Part shown: positions 25,006-37,634 of the stretch, one piece after another | Layout of the letters: every line of letters starts with the position of its first letter | How positions within the stretch are numbered: the stretch's first letter is position 1 | Source of the DNA: Octopus bimaculoides | Taxonomy: Eukaryota | Direction: 5' to 3' | Length of the DNA: 64,000 bases | Assembly (NCBI RefSeq): GCF_001194135.2 | Contig: NC_068981.1 | Location: forward strand, 106,805,009-106,869,008 | The notes under the pieces: model-generated | What the model was told of the DNA's origin: nothing | Seen by the model: only the letters and a program-made list of their open reading frames with translations | Database searches by the model: none | Program-made: the position numbers and the translations under genes

Positions 25006-25168
25006 CGACGAGCTTCTTTCAGTTTCCGTCTACCAAATCCACTCACAAAGCTTTGGTCGGCCCGAGGCTATAGTAGAAGACACTTGCCCAAGGTGCCACG
25101 CAGTGGGACTGAACCCAGAACCATGTGATTGGTAAGCAAGCTACTTACCACACAGCCACTCCCGCGCA
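24771..25168 (-). mobile_element. tRNA-derived SINE family B with central (TA/CA) microsatellite, near full length
   Basis: Reverse complement has tRNA-like A and B boxes (GTGGCTGTGTGGTAAGTAGC...GGTTCTGGGTTCAGTCCC), a central microsatellite and a GACTGAAACAAGTAAAAGAGT 3' end. It matches 48375-49397. Confidence 0.85.
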
Positions 25169-25292
25169 TCTGGAAATTTTTTTTGAAAACTTAATAATTA
25201 ACAAGATAGAAACATTTAGAGTTACATATCTTTAGCCAGTGAAATGAGTCCAGTGTCCTCACAAGCAGAAGTTGAAACAGTTTGCTACCATA

Positions 25293-25306
25293 GTTGCTAT
25301 GGCAAC
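25293..25306. promoter_or_regulatory. RFX X-box-like palindrome GTTGCTATGGCAAC
   Basis: Close match to the RFX X-box consensus GTNRCC-N(0-3)-RGYAAC (one mismatch in the left half-site). Not inside a repeat I recognise. Function is unproven. Confidence 0.35.
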
Positions 25307-26926
25307 AAACAGACTATTGTTAAAGAAAGGAAACCTTGAAAATTGTATAGGTTTTTTTAAAAAAAGAATTTAACTAAAGCAAACAAGCAAAAAGTGATAT
25401 TGAAGGAAAGTGATGATGAAGTAATATTTTTGACCTGCTGCTAGAAATAACAGCCAGAATGAAACAAGAACTCATAGACTGTCAAAAAAATAAACAGTGT
25501 AATGAAATGTTATGAAATTAACTAAATTGAGATATGTAGTGCAGTATCTTTTGAAAGGGTTAAGTGTTCTATGGTGAAATTGGTATCCTAGTACCTCAAG
25601 AACATGCAAGTATGCACACCACAGGTCATTGTAAGTAGTTGTTCCTGACAGAATTGATTAACAGATCCATTTTTTTAGTGTATTACAATCTTAAGAAGGT
25701 ACGGCTAAAAATACATAACTGTAAATGCTTCTAACTTATAAATTAGCATGCAAAACTATGCCAACAGTACAGATTCTGAAAACTTTCAGATTAAGATTTG
25801 TAGGTGGAAGAAAATGAAAAAGATCCATAATAGCAGCTAAATCTCTTTCCAATTAACTTTATTCTCCTGAATGGTGGGAGGTACATTAAATAAATGTGAT
25901 CTTAGATACACAATGTCTAAAAGAACAAAGTGGTCTTTGTTGGACCATCTTTGAATTTGGGCTGTTCAGTCAGGGCTAGTCAACTGGATATTTTAAAGAA
26001 CACATTAGTTAATGTAGGCACATTATGTCTGGAAGAAGACTGGTTGGTCATGCTGGAATGCTTGTTAGCATAGGTCTGTACAATCAAGGATAACGTAGTT
26101 TACAAAATGTGTGTTATACACTTAAAATGTTAAATCAAATACTTGTTTGTCAACTGTCATATTAAGTTGACAGCATACAACTACTTCATCGTATCACTAC
26201 TGCATAAATCTCTCTGATAGATTTAGAAATGTATTATTTCCAAATACTTGTTATTTAGCTCCAGAATAATACATATAACCAAAAGTATTCAAGCTATGAC
26301 CATATTGTAATTTTATGTATATTGGAACTACATTGTTCAATGTATTCATCTTTCTTTAAAACAGTAGAATGTGATTTGAGGTAACACAGCTGCTATTTCT
26401 ATCAAGTCAAGTTACCACACAGGTTCCATTGTTGGTTCATTCAGACACTTGTAGATGTCTTTTTTTTTTTTTTTTTTTTTTTTACTGCACCCATGCTGGG
26501 CACTACTTTTAATCAGTTCATATCCAGCCTTGTATTTTTATCAGTCTGAAGGAAGCCGTCAACATCTAATCCAAAGAGTTGTCAACAAATGAAACAATCT
26601 GCCAGGATACAGTGAAGCTTTCTAATATTTAAATGTACGTCAGCGTGATACTTATTTTATTGATTGGCTAAATTGTCTTGATATACTAGATTATAAATTG
26701 GTGCACACACAGTTAAATAGAAAGGTAAATGGATCTCTGTTGGTGTCAGTGAGTGAGTATTTCAAATATTTGGTTAACTGAGTTACTTAATAAATTATAG
26801 TGTATGTGACTGATTATTCCACAAACATTTGTTCTTTTTAACATAAACTCCAGGCACAATCAGCACAGAACTTTGAATTGTATATAGTATATGCAATAGG
26901 ATTCTGTGCAATATATGTCTATTTGA

Positions 26927-27129
26927 CCCTTGAGCATTTAGATTTCTTTGTCAAATGTATTGCTTATTTATTCACATTGTTTTAAATTAATCAAGATTTC
27001 AATGCTGTATTTTTATATTTTTAGAATGACATTGCAGTGCAGGTGTGAGAAGTTGAACCTGGCCAGGTTTAACATAAAATCGATAGAATATTTGGGCTGG
27101 AGGATATGGCTAGATTAAATGCTAAAGGG
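26927..27129 (-). mobile_element. piggyBac-type MITE with non-canonical TTGA flanks
   Basis: TTGA|CCCTTGAGCATT ... AATGCTAAAGGG|TTGA. The body is the reverse orientation of the 58075 copy. Confidence 0.75.
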
Positions 27130-27255
27130 TTGACTTCATTCACAAGGCTCTAACCCAAAACCATGACAAAACACTCTTACCTAAGACATTATGAAAAATG
27201 GAATCAGACTCAAGGTGGCATGATTGTGAGGTGAACTTCTTAACCAAACACACAG

Positions 27256-27296
<41 letters not shown>

Positions 27297-28629
27297 AGAG
27301 AGAGAGAAGGCTCTTATACAATATCTGCTTGCCAAATTTCACTCAAGGGATTGGTCAGTCTGTGGTTTTAAAGTAAGCTTGTTGACCACATGGCTATGCC
27401 TATACCTATTATCTACATTTTGATATCAATGTAGAAGCCCTTGTCAGTGAATATTTTAAACCTATATTCATTTTACATCAATTTCTTGTTTTTCTCCACC
27501 ATGATATAGGTAGGAAGGATGAATTTTGGTTTTAACATAGGCATTTGCATATATAAAGTTCATTAGCTTTTACAATTGTGTGCCATTCCAGCTGCTGATT
27601 AATCAACCATTAACCATGAAACAGGAGTGGGATCTATGGTCAACCTAGCTGACTGTGGGGACCTGAATTATGTGCCATGGTTTGAATTTGAACCAAATGT
27701 TTGTTGAAAGGTTTGAACTCAGAACTCACAGTAATTAATGCTTTTTTCCTGTACTTTCATCAGTAGAGAAACCAAGAATTATACACATATGAGATGCTAG
27801 AATGACATTTTCTGTGTTCAATCTCTTAGAAATCAAATCAAATATAAGATAGCAATGGCTTGAAAGCTAATCTAAATTTGCCATATGAAGCTCTTTAAAT
27901 AGATCTTTATCAAGTGTTCAGCTGACTGTTGCCATGCCATCATTTTCAGAGCCATGATTACTAATGTAACTAACCAACTTTGTACATAAATATTTAAATC
28001 ACTGCTAAAAAAGACAAGGAAAATAATTTTCATGATTATTTTACATCTGATAAATGTTATGGTCTGCAATTTTTGATATTTTCATGAATAAAGCCCTTGT
28101 TAGCTAAGAATATTGTTGGTCTTCTGGCAAAAAGCGTGACCATTTTTATATGATTAGCAACATGGCATATGTCCTTGACTAAAATATTCAACTCAAATGC
28201 ATGTTTATTCCAGCTGCATATATATATTACCAAGAAGTACAATCCTCCACTATAAGTACTGGTAAAGGAGTTATATTGTTTGATATTTTGTTTGGTTAGC
28301 TTATTGGTATGAACTTATTTAATCTCTAAACAAACTCTGGAATAGACTGGTTTCCTTCCTAGGACATGATGTCTCTCAACTTAGATATAAGCTTCAACAT
28401 ATTCTAATACTTTGTGCTTTCAGTGATATATTGAAAGCAAGCAGGATAATAAACTGATGGTTATTGTTGATTATATTAATATCACTACTTTACTATTGCT
28501 TATTCTATGTACTCCAGAATTTATAGAAGGTAAAGTTAATCTTGTTGGGCATTTCAAATTAGAATATAAAGGAATGTTAGCAAATAACTACTGTGAAGTC
28601 AGCGTATATAACCTACGCTTTTCATTCTG

Positions 28630-29873
28630 CAGGGCGGGAAAGCAAAACCTGCATTAAAAGTTATGCTGATGTTTCACAGCAACTTCTACACCAGATGATA
28701 TGAAACCTGATGCAGAACAAAGACTACATTGTCAGCTAATAATAAACTCTTTTTTTTTTTTTGTAGTAATATTGGAGAATATGACCGCACAGGAAGACAA
28801 ATGCCAAAGAGTATATGATTTGGTTTGTGCATAAGTCGATCTGCAGGGGATCTCAAACATAGTCAGAGTATCCTTGCGCACAGTTTATAGCACCAGGAAG
28901 AGAATAGATATGGGCAATAGCTTTCAGAGGAAGTCTGGCAGCATTGGGACCAACAAGAAATGGAACTGGGACTTCATCAACACCCTCAAGTTCAAAATTT
29001 CAATGGACGCAACCACATCCATAAGGAAGTTGGTTTTTGAACTTGAAGTGGACCCCAAAACCATCAGGACAGCTGACTGATGACTTGGGGCTCAAGCCCT
29101 ACACCAGGACACCGAAACACCTGCTGACAGAACCTGTGAAGGCCAAGAGACTGGAGAGGTGCAAAAAGGTTCTCATATTCCTCAAGAAGAACAGGTCTGT
29201 TGTAAACTGCAGAAATGACTGGTACATTGCAGAGTCAACAGCTGACATCAGGGGTACCTTCAGAACAAAAAATCGAGCCCAGGTCATGGCCTTCGGTGTT
29301 GTGGCCTCCGATGGAAGAAAGCTGTCCATGTATTTCTACTAAGTCTGGAGAAAAGGTGGGTGCTGACACCTGCTACAAGATGCTAAGGTACCATGTCTTG
29401 TCATGGCTCAAGGCCAACTATCCAGAGGGCAACTATGTGTGTGCCCAGGATGGTGCTCCCCGCCATACTGCCTAGAAGGTATAGAATTTCTGCAAATCCA
29501 GCTTTGCTGCTTTCTGGCCTGCGGACTTCTGGCTTTCTTCCAGCCCAGATCTCAATCCTCTGGACTATGCTGTGTGGGATATTTTCGAGCATGTCACCAA
29601 CAAAACCTCCTACCCCAACATCAACTCTCTGGAGGCTGCCATCAATGAGGAGTGTGCCAGGATGTCCAGTGACCTTGTGGTGAAGAGTTGTGCGGGGTTC
29701 TAGGGCTGTGTGGAAGCTGTAATTGCAAACAATGTAATGCATAGAATAAATTATTTGTTTTGTAATTCTATATGAATGTTATTAACCTCTTTTTGAATTA
29801 CTAAACCTATTGATGCACTGTGAGAGAGTTTCAAATGTTACAGCAAATTTGCAAGTTTTGCTTCCCCACCCTG
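28630..29873 (+). mobile_element. Full-length decayed Tc1/mariner element of the DD37D (maT) family
   Basis: 24-bp TIR CAGGGCGGGAAAGCAAAACCTGCA / TGCAAGTTTTGCTTCCCCACCCTG followed by TA. The transposase from ATG 28781 includes LGLKPYTRTPKHLLT, VMAFGVVASDG, QDGAP.HTA and SSPDLNPLDYAVW. I count 37 residues between the second and third D. Stops are present and the first catalytic D region is deleted. Confidence 0.9.
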
Positions 29874-30580
29874 TACTACCTCAAGGTAGCTTGAGCTAGA
29901 AATCTTGCCTTAGGGTACAACAAAATTTCAGCAACAGGCTTTGAATATCTGAACAGCTTAAGTTATCAAAATGATTTCACTTAAATGCTTAATGGAATTG
30001 AATTAAGTAGAATTAGATGTAATATCCTGTCAGTTCACTCCTTGAATATCAAATCAAGCTTTTAACAAAACATTTACCATGTTTTGGTATTAAATGTTAC
30101 ATTTTTTTACAGTTAAAAGGCCCTTTTATTGCTCATTTCAAGATTGCATTATTTGAGCTTTTATTTGTTGGCCATCCCTATTTTGTATAGCAAAATCTTT
30201 ATTTTTCTGTAGATTTTAATGTTTGACCTTATAATTTATATAAAATAATTGTGATTTTAAAATAAAGGTAAAACAAAATCTCTGCATGAGTTTTCCTTTA
30301 TTGACTATTAATACAAATAATAATAGTAGTGGTTACATATTAATTGAAATATATGTTGATAAGGGATGTATAAATGTAAATAGCTGTGCACTTAGTTTGC
30401 TTGATTGTCATTATCCAGATTGTACTAAAATATTTAACCTTTTCATTCTCTTTCCTTTCGAGTAGAGGGTGGTGTGTGTGTACACACACCTGTTTCTGTC
30501 TATATATGCTTGAGCAGGTGTACCTTTGTGTGTACACACATGAACTATGTATGAGGGGTTTCTTATTAAGTATCATTTAA

Positions 30581-30784
30581 CTCTTTAACATTCACATTTG
30601 TCTCTCAAAAGTATTGCTTATTTATTCACATTGTTTTAAATTAAGCATACATTATCTTGTAGCTTTGAGATTTTGATGAGGCAACTGTTATTGTGTTGCT
30701 GGTGTGAGAGGCCAGATCTGTCCAGTTTGAGCATAAAATAGGTAGAATCTTTTGGCCGAATATGGCTGAATTAATGTTAAAGGG
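30581..30784 (-). mobile_element. piggyBac-type MITE copy
   Basis: TTAA|CTCTTTAACATT ... AATGTTAAAGGG|TTAA. Confidence 0.75.
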
Positions 30785-33700
30785 TTAAACATAGTGGGTG
30801 GATTGGTCTTGATTTAGCTGAACTTGTTAATTTTCGTATTGAACTAAATTCCACAACTATTCCATTGATATATATTTTTTAAAAATCATATAAATGAAAA
30901 TACTTTTTCTTTTTAATATCTCATCTCCCTAAACTTTTTAATGTTGTGTTTATTTCCACTTTATGATGAATGGTTTTGATTTAAATACTTATCAGATCCC
31001 CTCACAAACCAAAATAGTGCTTAAACTTTGCACTTTTATTTTATATTACATCAGTGCCCTACTTTCTCTACTAGATAGAAACCTGTTATCATTGATCTCA
31101 GTGTTCCAAATATTCATAATTATTTTGATTAAATAAGGTTCAAAATTAAACTTCCTTTATTAATTTTTCTGTAAATTACCTGTTATGCAAAGTAGGATTG
31201 GCCGACAAGTAAGCTCAAGAAATGCAATTTTGAAGTGAAAAAACACAGTAGGAATATAAGGAATATAAGGACATTTTAACTGTAAAAAAAAAAGGAGAGA
31301 GAAAAAAAAAAACACAGTAGGAATATAAGTATTTAAAGCAAAAATCACAAAAGGTATTTTCCAGATAGGTAGAGTGAGTGCTCTCTACAAACACAGTGCA
31401 CAACCTATGTGAACTTGCAATCTGATATGCTAAACATTCAGCTTGTAATTTATTTCACTAGGTTGTTACACTTTCCAGGTAGAAAATATTGATTTCTTTC
31501 ATAGGCATAAACATTTTTGATTTAGGTGAGTTATGAAATAAGTTGTGATGTTCATAAATCTCCCAGGGTTATTATTGGTGTAAATATATTGAAGTGAATG
31601 CCAACAGGATTTATAACTGGGCTATGCTCAATAGCTGACTGCACTTTATTTACTTTTAGCACTTCATACTTGTGAATATTTGTACATTTTAGAATGCAAT
31701 AATTGAATAGTTAAGAAGCTCTAAAAGTTACTAAAGGATTAAAAAAGCTAATGCTTGAGCTAGAAAACAGCAACTGGCCCATTAAAAGAACTCAAATCAT
31801 TATCCAGTCCTCAGTTGATCATATTACTGATTATACTACAGTTTATATGCCAAGCTATCTTCTCAGATTAGATATTAACTGTTGTTTCTTCACTATATAA
31901 TTTATCAGCCACTTAGTCTAAGAAGATAGATTATCCTACTAATGCTTAGCATAGTGATGTGTTCACCTAGTTTCATATTTGCTGATGGAAATCAAACCGT
32001 ATTTCCTGTATAAAAATAAACCAAATAAAAACTAAATGTCTAAATTACTGCACTTAGAATTACTAGCATTAAGATTACTGAGTAGTCATAGGTCTCTATT
32101 ATTCCTTAGTAAATTATTAATACAATGCTCTTTCCAGTTGTGCCACTTGTACCACTAATTACCAAGGAACTAATTTTCATTTTGATACGCTCAGAAAATA
32201 TTCTGCTCAAAGTATTTGAAAATTTATATTTAACTTACCCATTCATTACATTACTGACATTGTATGGACATTTTCCTAAAATCTCATTGCTTCCTCAGTT
32301 TTATGAATATTATATAATCAGTAACTAATGTATCTTCATTCTCCTCCAACAATTTGATTACAAGATTCCATTCAGTTTTTCTGTTTTATATATATCTCAT
32401 ACTTTAGGTGTAATGTGTGGTCATAACTCTTGAGTTTCTGCCATTGTTTTTGTAATATAACCATTCATTATTCCTCACTTTTTTCATGCAGCTGTATACT
32501 TTGCAACTTTAACTTTACCAAATTCATTAAATCTTGCCCACCTGCACTTCTTTTTCTTGTATTTGGCATGTTAACAACACTTAACTGAACCTGGATAAAG
32601 ATGCTAAAGAGTCTATATAACTTGTTTTCATGATAATCATGTTTGGCCCTCCATCATTCATTTTAGACATTTTTTAGTCCAGTTTATATTCAAATAATTG
32701 GTTCTTGCTACAATCATGATTACACTAATGTTATAATATTTCTGTTTATGATGGATTTGAGGTTAATCAGCAAGGTGTGCTATACTTTAGAAACCTATCT
32801 TTTCTTCAAGTTTTTCGCTCTTACAGTTATGTGAAATTTTCTTAGTACAAAACTTGTGTGAGATGCAGCATTTTACAAAGTGAAGTTGTTGCAAGGTTAT
32901 CTTTTTGAAGCCACATGCAATAACACACACAAGATTTTGCAGCTTGGTTGAGGCTCTCAAATTTTTAGAGTTGTAATTGTTTGGCAAATGACTTGATCTG
33001 AGACTGTATATTGAGGCTGAATCAATTTATTTGTAGAAGAGCCATTATTTTTTATCTACTTAAGAGCACCTGATATATTTGATATATTTAACTTAAGATA
33101 TATTCTATTTAAGAGCATCTGATATATCTGTTTTATGTTTATTTCTTGAGATATCTATATTTTTGTTGCTCATCTGAAACTCTTATTGACATAATTTGAC
33201 TTTCCATCTCTGTTTAAATTAGACACATGTCAATTAGTCGTATTTGAAATTCAGGACACTGTTAATATTTGTTTAAATATTCAGTGCTAAACTGCTCCAC
33301 TCTTTGGTGCATTCTATTTTTTCTTTATTCTACTACTTCAGTGCTCATTGATGTGATGGTAGCAAGATGGTAAAGTTTTATATTTAAATTGTTTTGTCCA
33401 TTTAAAACATTAACTTTAATATATTAACTTCTACTTTCATTTTCAGAAAAATAGATATTATATTAAGTGCTTTTTAATTTGGTAAATTACTGAAATTTAT
33501 CTTTTTTAGAGATAGTTTAATAAGTAATTTTTTAATATTGTTTCACTTAAGTCATTTATTTCAAAAATGTTTTTCATTTTTTGCAAACTCAGTATATATT
33601 TGGACAATATTCATATTTACTTTGACAACTTCTCCATAAGCAATATTCCTAGTCCAGGTTCTATTTTCATTATTATACCTCTTTAAGGTTGATTTGAAGG

Positions 33701-35566
33701 TATCATTGTTGCTATTTCTGTGCATTTGAATAACCATATAAAAAGCTCACACATTTGTGAATATCTGTATGTGACAGATGAATGTCAAAGCGATTTTGTT
33801 TTTAATAATTTGTCCATAATATGAATGCACTTTCAATGAACTATCTTTACCAAAATTTTCTCATACATGAGCAATGGTAACTAATAACTTTCAGTGAATA
33901 AATTTTATTCACAGTAAGGAATGTTTCCATGACACTTTTTAAAAATTTCATAGTTATTGTTTATTAATAGATAGTCAAGTGAAAAATAATATATGTAACT
34001 TGCAGGCAGAGTAGTATTAACAGTTTTACTTACTGAAGCTTTCTGCAAAATAACTAGTCTTACATGGTTGAAAAAACTATTGTCTTTAAATTGAATTAGG
34101 TTTCTCAAAATTCATTATGATCAGAGGAAAGTATATGATGGGGGGACAAAGAAACATAGCTCTTGTTATGATCTTACAGGTTACAATTTGCTTGTAACTT
34201 CATTGTTTGAAATTACTGTTATTTCTGTCATATGAAGCAGATTTCTAGATGGTGGCCAATCCATTATGACTTTAAATATCAACTTACTTGTTGGCATTGT
34301 CTTGTTCACTAAATTTTGAGAAATGAATATGTAAATCTTTATGTTCTAACTTACCACTATTTTAGTTTCTGAAGAAAATATTTAAAACAGAAAACATCTA
34401 AAATTTGTGGATTTTTTTCAAATAATAATAGTAGAAATTTTCTCAAAATTAGCACAAATTTTTCTTAGCTTTTTGTGACTGTATTTCTAATTAAATATAC
34501 TGCATATATGTTTTATTTAATGGAAAAGGGAAAGAAAAAAACATATAAAAAAAGACCAATAATTTTGTTGTATTTAGTACAATAACTTAGTCATCATAAG
34601 CTGGTTTGAGATACAGCTTAACAAAGAGGTTCTTAACATTATGATTAAAAGTTTAAATTTGAATGTGAATACTTTTAAGAAAGACCGTTTTATATAGAAT
34701 CATGAGCTGGCTCAGTTGATGTTAAAAGACTTTTTAACAAATCACTTGAGTCCTTAAACACTCCCCTCTATTGATTTTTTAAAGTTACCTTTGGATGGGT
34801 GTAGTTAAAGTTCATAACATAAGTGATCTTTAAAAAGGCTTTTCGTAGCAACTTGCTAGAGCTAGCTCATAACTCTATGTGGCCACCTTTAACACTCAAC
34901 CAGCAGGGTTGGTTGATGGTATTTGACTACCAGCTCATTAAAAATTGTTTGCCTTGTACCTAAACCAGAAGTCATTACTTAGGTTACATTTTTAATACTA
35001 ATATATCATATCAATCCTTCATAGTATCACTGTACATTGTCAATTTTATTTTATTCTAACACACAGGAGACTCAAAGCAAGAATTTAGAATTCCAGTTGG
35101 TCTCAAATAATCATGCATCGCCATGCATATCATCTTTTTTATCTTTTCTTTGGCCCCTTTTACTCTGTAAACTTAATAAAAAGAGGTTATTTTTCTAATA
35201 TGAAACTTTCTCTTTTTTTCTATTTTTTGAAAACTAACTAGCATTCTTTTTCTTAATTAATAATTAGGTTCTGATGAAAAATTTAGATATTAAAAACCAA
35301 TTAAAATCTATGTTTGTAATCTTGAATAGTATAAAATTTATAGTAATAGATTACAAAATGATGCCAATTTTAAACTGAGATTTTTTAAATTTAAAAAAAA
35401 ATAATAAATATGATTTGTTGAAATCAATAAAAAAATTTACAATAGTTATATTACTAATGTTACTCTGTAACTATATTGCTAATCATATTCTTTGTCATGA
35501 ATCGTAGCCAGTATCTAGGATATTCAAGTGTTCTTTCTGTCTACTACTTGCTTCTAATTCTGACTG

Positions 35567-35606
<40 letters not shown>

Positions 35607-35609
<3 letters not shown>

Positions 35610-36085
35610 CAAAAACACAATAACAAAGAAACAAAAAAACAACAAAGTGAGGACGTGATATGGATAGTATTATTGGACGCTCAGGAAAGGAAAGAGAGAG
35701 TATATGACGTTTCGGGCGTAGCCCTTCGTCGGAAAGATGGAAAGTTCGGAGAATGGAAGAACGGAGAAAGAGGAAAATGGTACCGATGCCCACGAGGTTA
35801 CATATGAGTATATGCATATATGTGTACATGTATGTACATACCTTCATCTACATGTACATATAGATACATATGTTCCATGGAGGATAGTGGCGGACAGAAA
35901 ACAAGACAGGGAAACAAAACGGTGAAATAAACAAACAGAAAAGGCTATATAGCCAGATGTGGAGAAGAATGTGTATATTGGACGCTGTGAAGCACGAACT
36001 GGAAAGGCGAAGGACGAGCAACGAGTGATAGAGAGAGAGAGAGAGATAGTAGTGATGGGGAGAGGCGAAGAACAGTAGAAGGAAA
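35607..36085 (-). mobile_element. Penelope-like terminal fragment with hammerhead-like core
   Basis: CpG-rich relative to its flanks and abuts (TA)n. The minus strand contains CCGACGA-A-GGGC-TAC-GCCC-GAAACGTC at 35732-35706, the motif type found at Penelope-like element ends. Confidence 0.55.
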
Positions 36086-36660
36086 TATATATGTATATTT
36101 ATTAGAGATATGTTTTGTAAGGAAATATTTATGTATTTATTTAACTAGGAATAACATTTTTTCTTCAGATAAATGTTAGTCAGTTGAATTAACCCAATAT
36201 ATTACTGGTATATTTTATTGATCCCTGAACAGTGAGAGCAACATTGAATTGTAGGAGTCAGATAATGAAGTAAAAACTTACAGTAAAGTATTTGATCCAC
36301 AAGATGCTGTAAATTTAGGCATCTACATCATACTTGTACTAGAAAATATAAATTTTGTCTGATATACCATTAGTTTTTGTTATTGTAGTTATCTCCAAAC
36401 TAATCCCTGGCATTTTAATTATAACCATCCTGTTTTTTCTTTGGCTATAATACATCTAGGACTATATTAGTTAATGTGTCCTTTTATAAAAAAGAAAAAC
36501 ATGTTTGAAGCAGATTTGTGGAAGTCAAGTTGGCTCAAGCATACCATATGTACTTAATTACAACAGAACCTAAAAGGTATGTTTGACTGAGAAGTTTAAT
36601 AGAAAATTGTTGTTCATAAGTGAGAGAGATATGAATTTATTTATATTGCTGAGCAAAATC

Positions 36661-36880
36661 GCAGTTGTGGCAGATACCAGTGTCATGCAAATGGCACCCG
36701 TTCTAGTAGCATATAAAAGTACCCATTACACTCTCAGGGTGGTTGGTGTTAGGAAGGGCATCCAGCCGTAGAAGATCATGCCAAATCAGACTGGATGCTG
36801 GTGTAGCCTTCCAGAGTGCCAGCCCAGTCAAACTGTCCAACCCATGCCAGCATGGACAACAGACGTTAAATGATGATGAT
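36661..36880 (+). mobile_element. SINE family C with RTE-like (TGA)n tail
   Basis: GGTTGGTGTTAGGAAGGGCATCCAGCCGTAG...AACCCATGCCAGCATGGACAACAGACGTTAAATGATGATGAT. Further copies lie at 37436-37634, 38655-38870, 43725-43800 and 15075-15290. Confidence 0.8.
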
Positions 36881-37435
36881 AGTGATAAGTATCAGTTACA
36901 TGAAAACATTTACTTGACTAATATGCAATATATTTTGACATTAGGTTTCAGTGGAAAATAAACAATTTTGCTGTATTTTAAACACATGGTAGTCATTCCA
37001 AACTGATTTGTTTGTTAAATGAAATATAGATATCAATTTTGAAGCAAGTGACTGCTTCCTGCTCCTTCATGAAATCAAAGAAGCTTTGTGATGTGTGATG
37101 TTTGTGAAGAAGTTACTTAGCAATATTTCAGCATTTGTTTGGAAAAAAGAAATTTATATTGTAAGATTTAAAGTTCAGTAATAAAAGAAGAAACAAAAAC
37201 GTTTGAGAAGAAATGAAGTGGGTTTAATGTTCCTTTTATTTATCTAAGAAAACTATCAAGTTTGCCTCAACTAAAACAACTGAAAAGTAGAGTTGAAATC
37301 CAATCTGTAATTGATGAGATAGCAAGGAATCAGGAATGGATGAAAAGAAGAGCTTAAATGAATAACTACTTTTCTGAAGTTGATATTTGATATTAGATGC
37401 AGTGATTCATAAAAGCAAAAGCAATGTATTAAGTT

Positions 37436-37634
37436 TCATCATCATTATTTAATGTGTGTTGTCCATGCTGGCATGAGTTGGATGGTTTGACTGGGCTGGC
37501 CCGCTGGAAGGCTGCACCAGGATCCAGCCTGATGTGGCATGGTTTTCTATGGTTGGATGCCCTTCCTAATGCTAACCACTCTGAGAGTATAATGGGTGCT
37601 TTTATGTACCACCAGCATGGCACTGGTATCTGCC
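37436..37634 (-). mobile_element. SINE family C copy, inverted relative to 36661-36880
   Basis: The reverse complement aligns along about 190 bp with the 36668-36880 copy. Confidence 0.8.

Noticed and set aside
28630-28740. Apparent exon after a TTCATTCTGCAG acceptor
   Set aside because: It is the left TIR and 5' UTR of the DD37D transposon.
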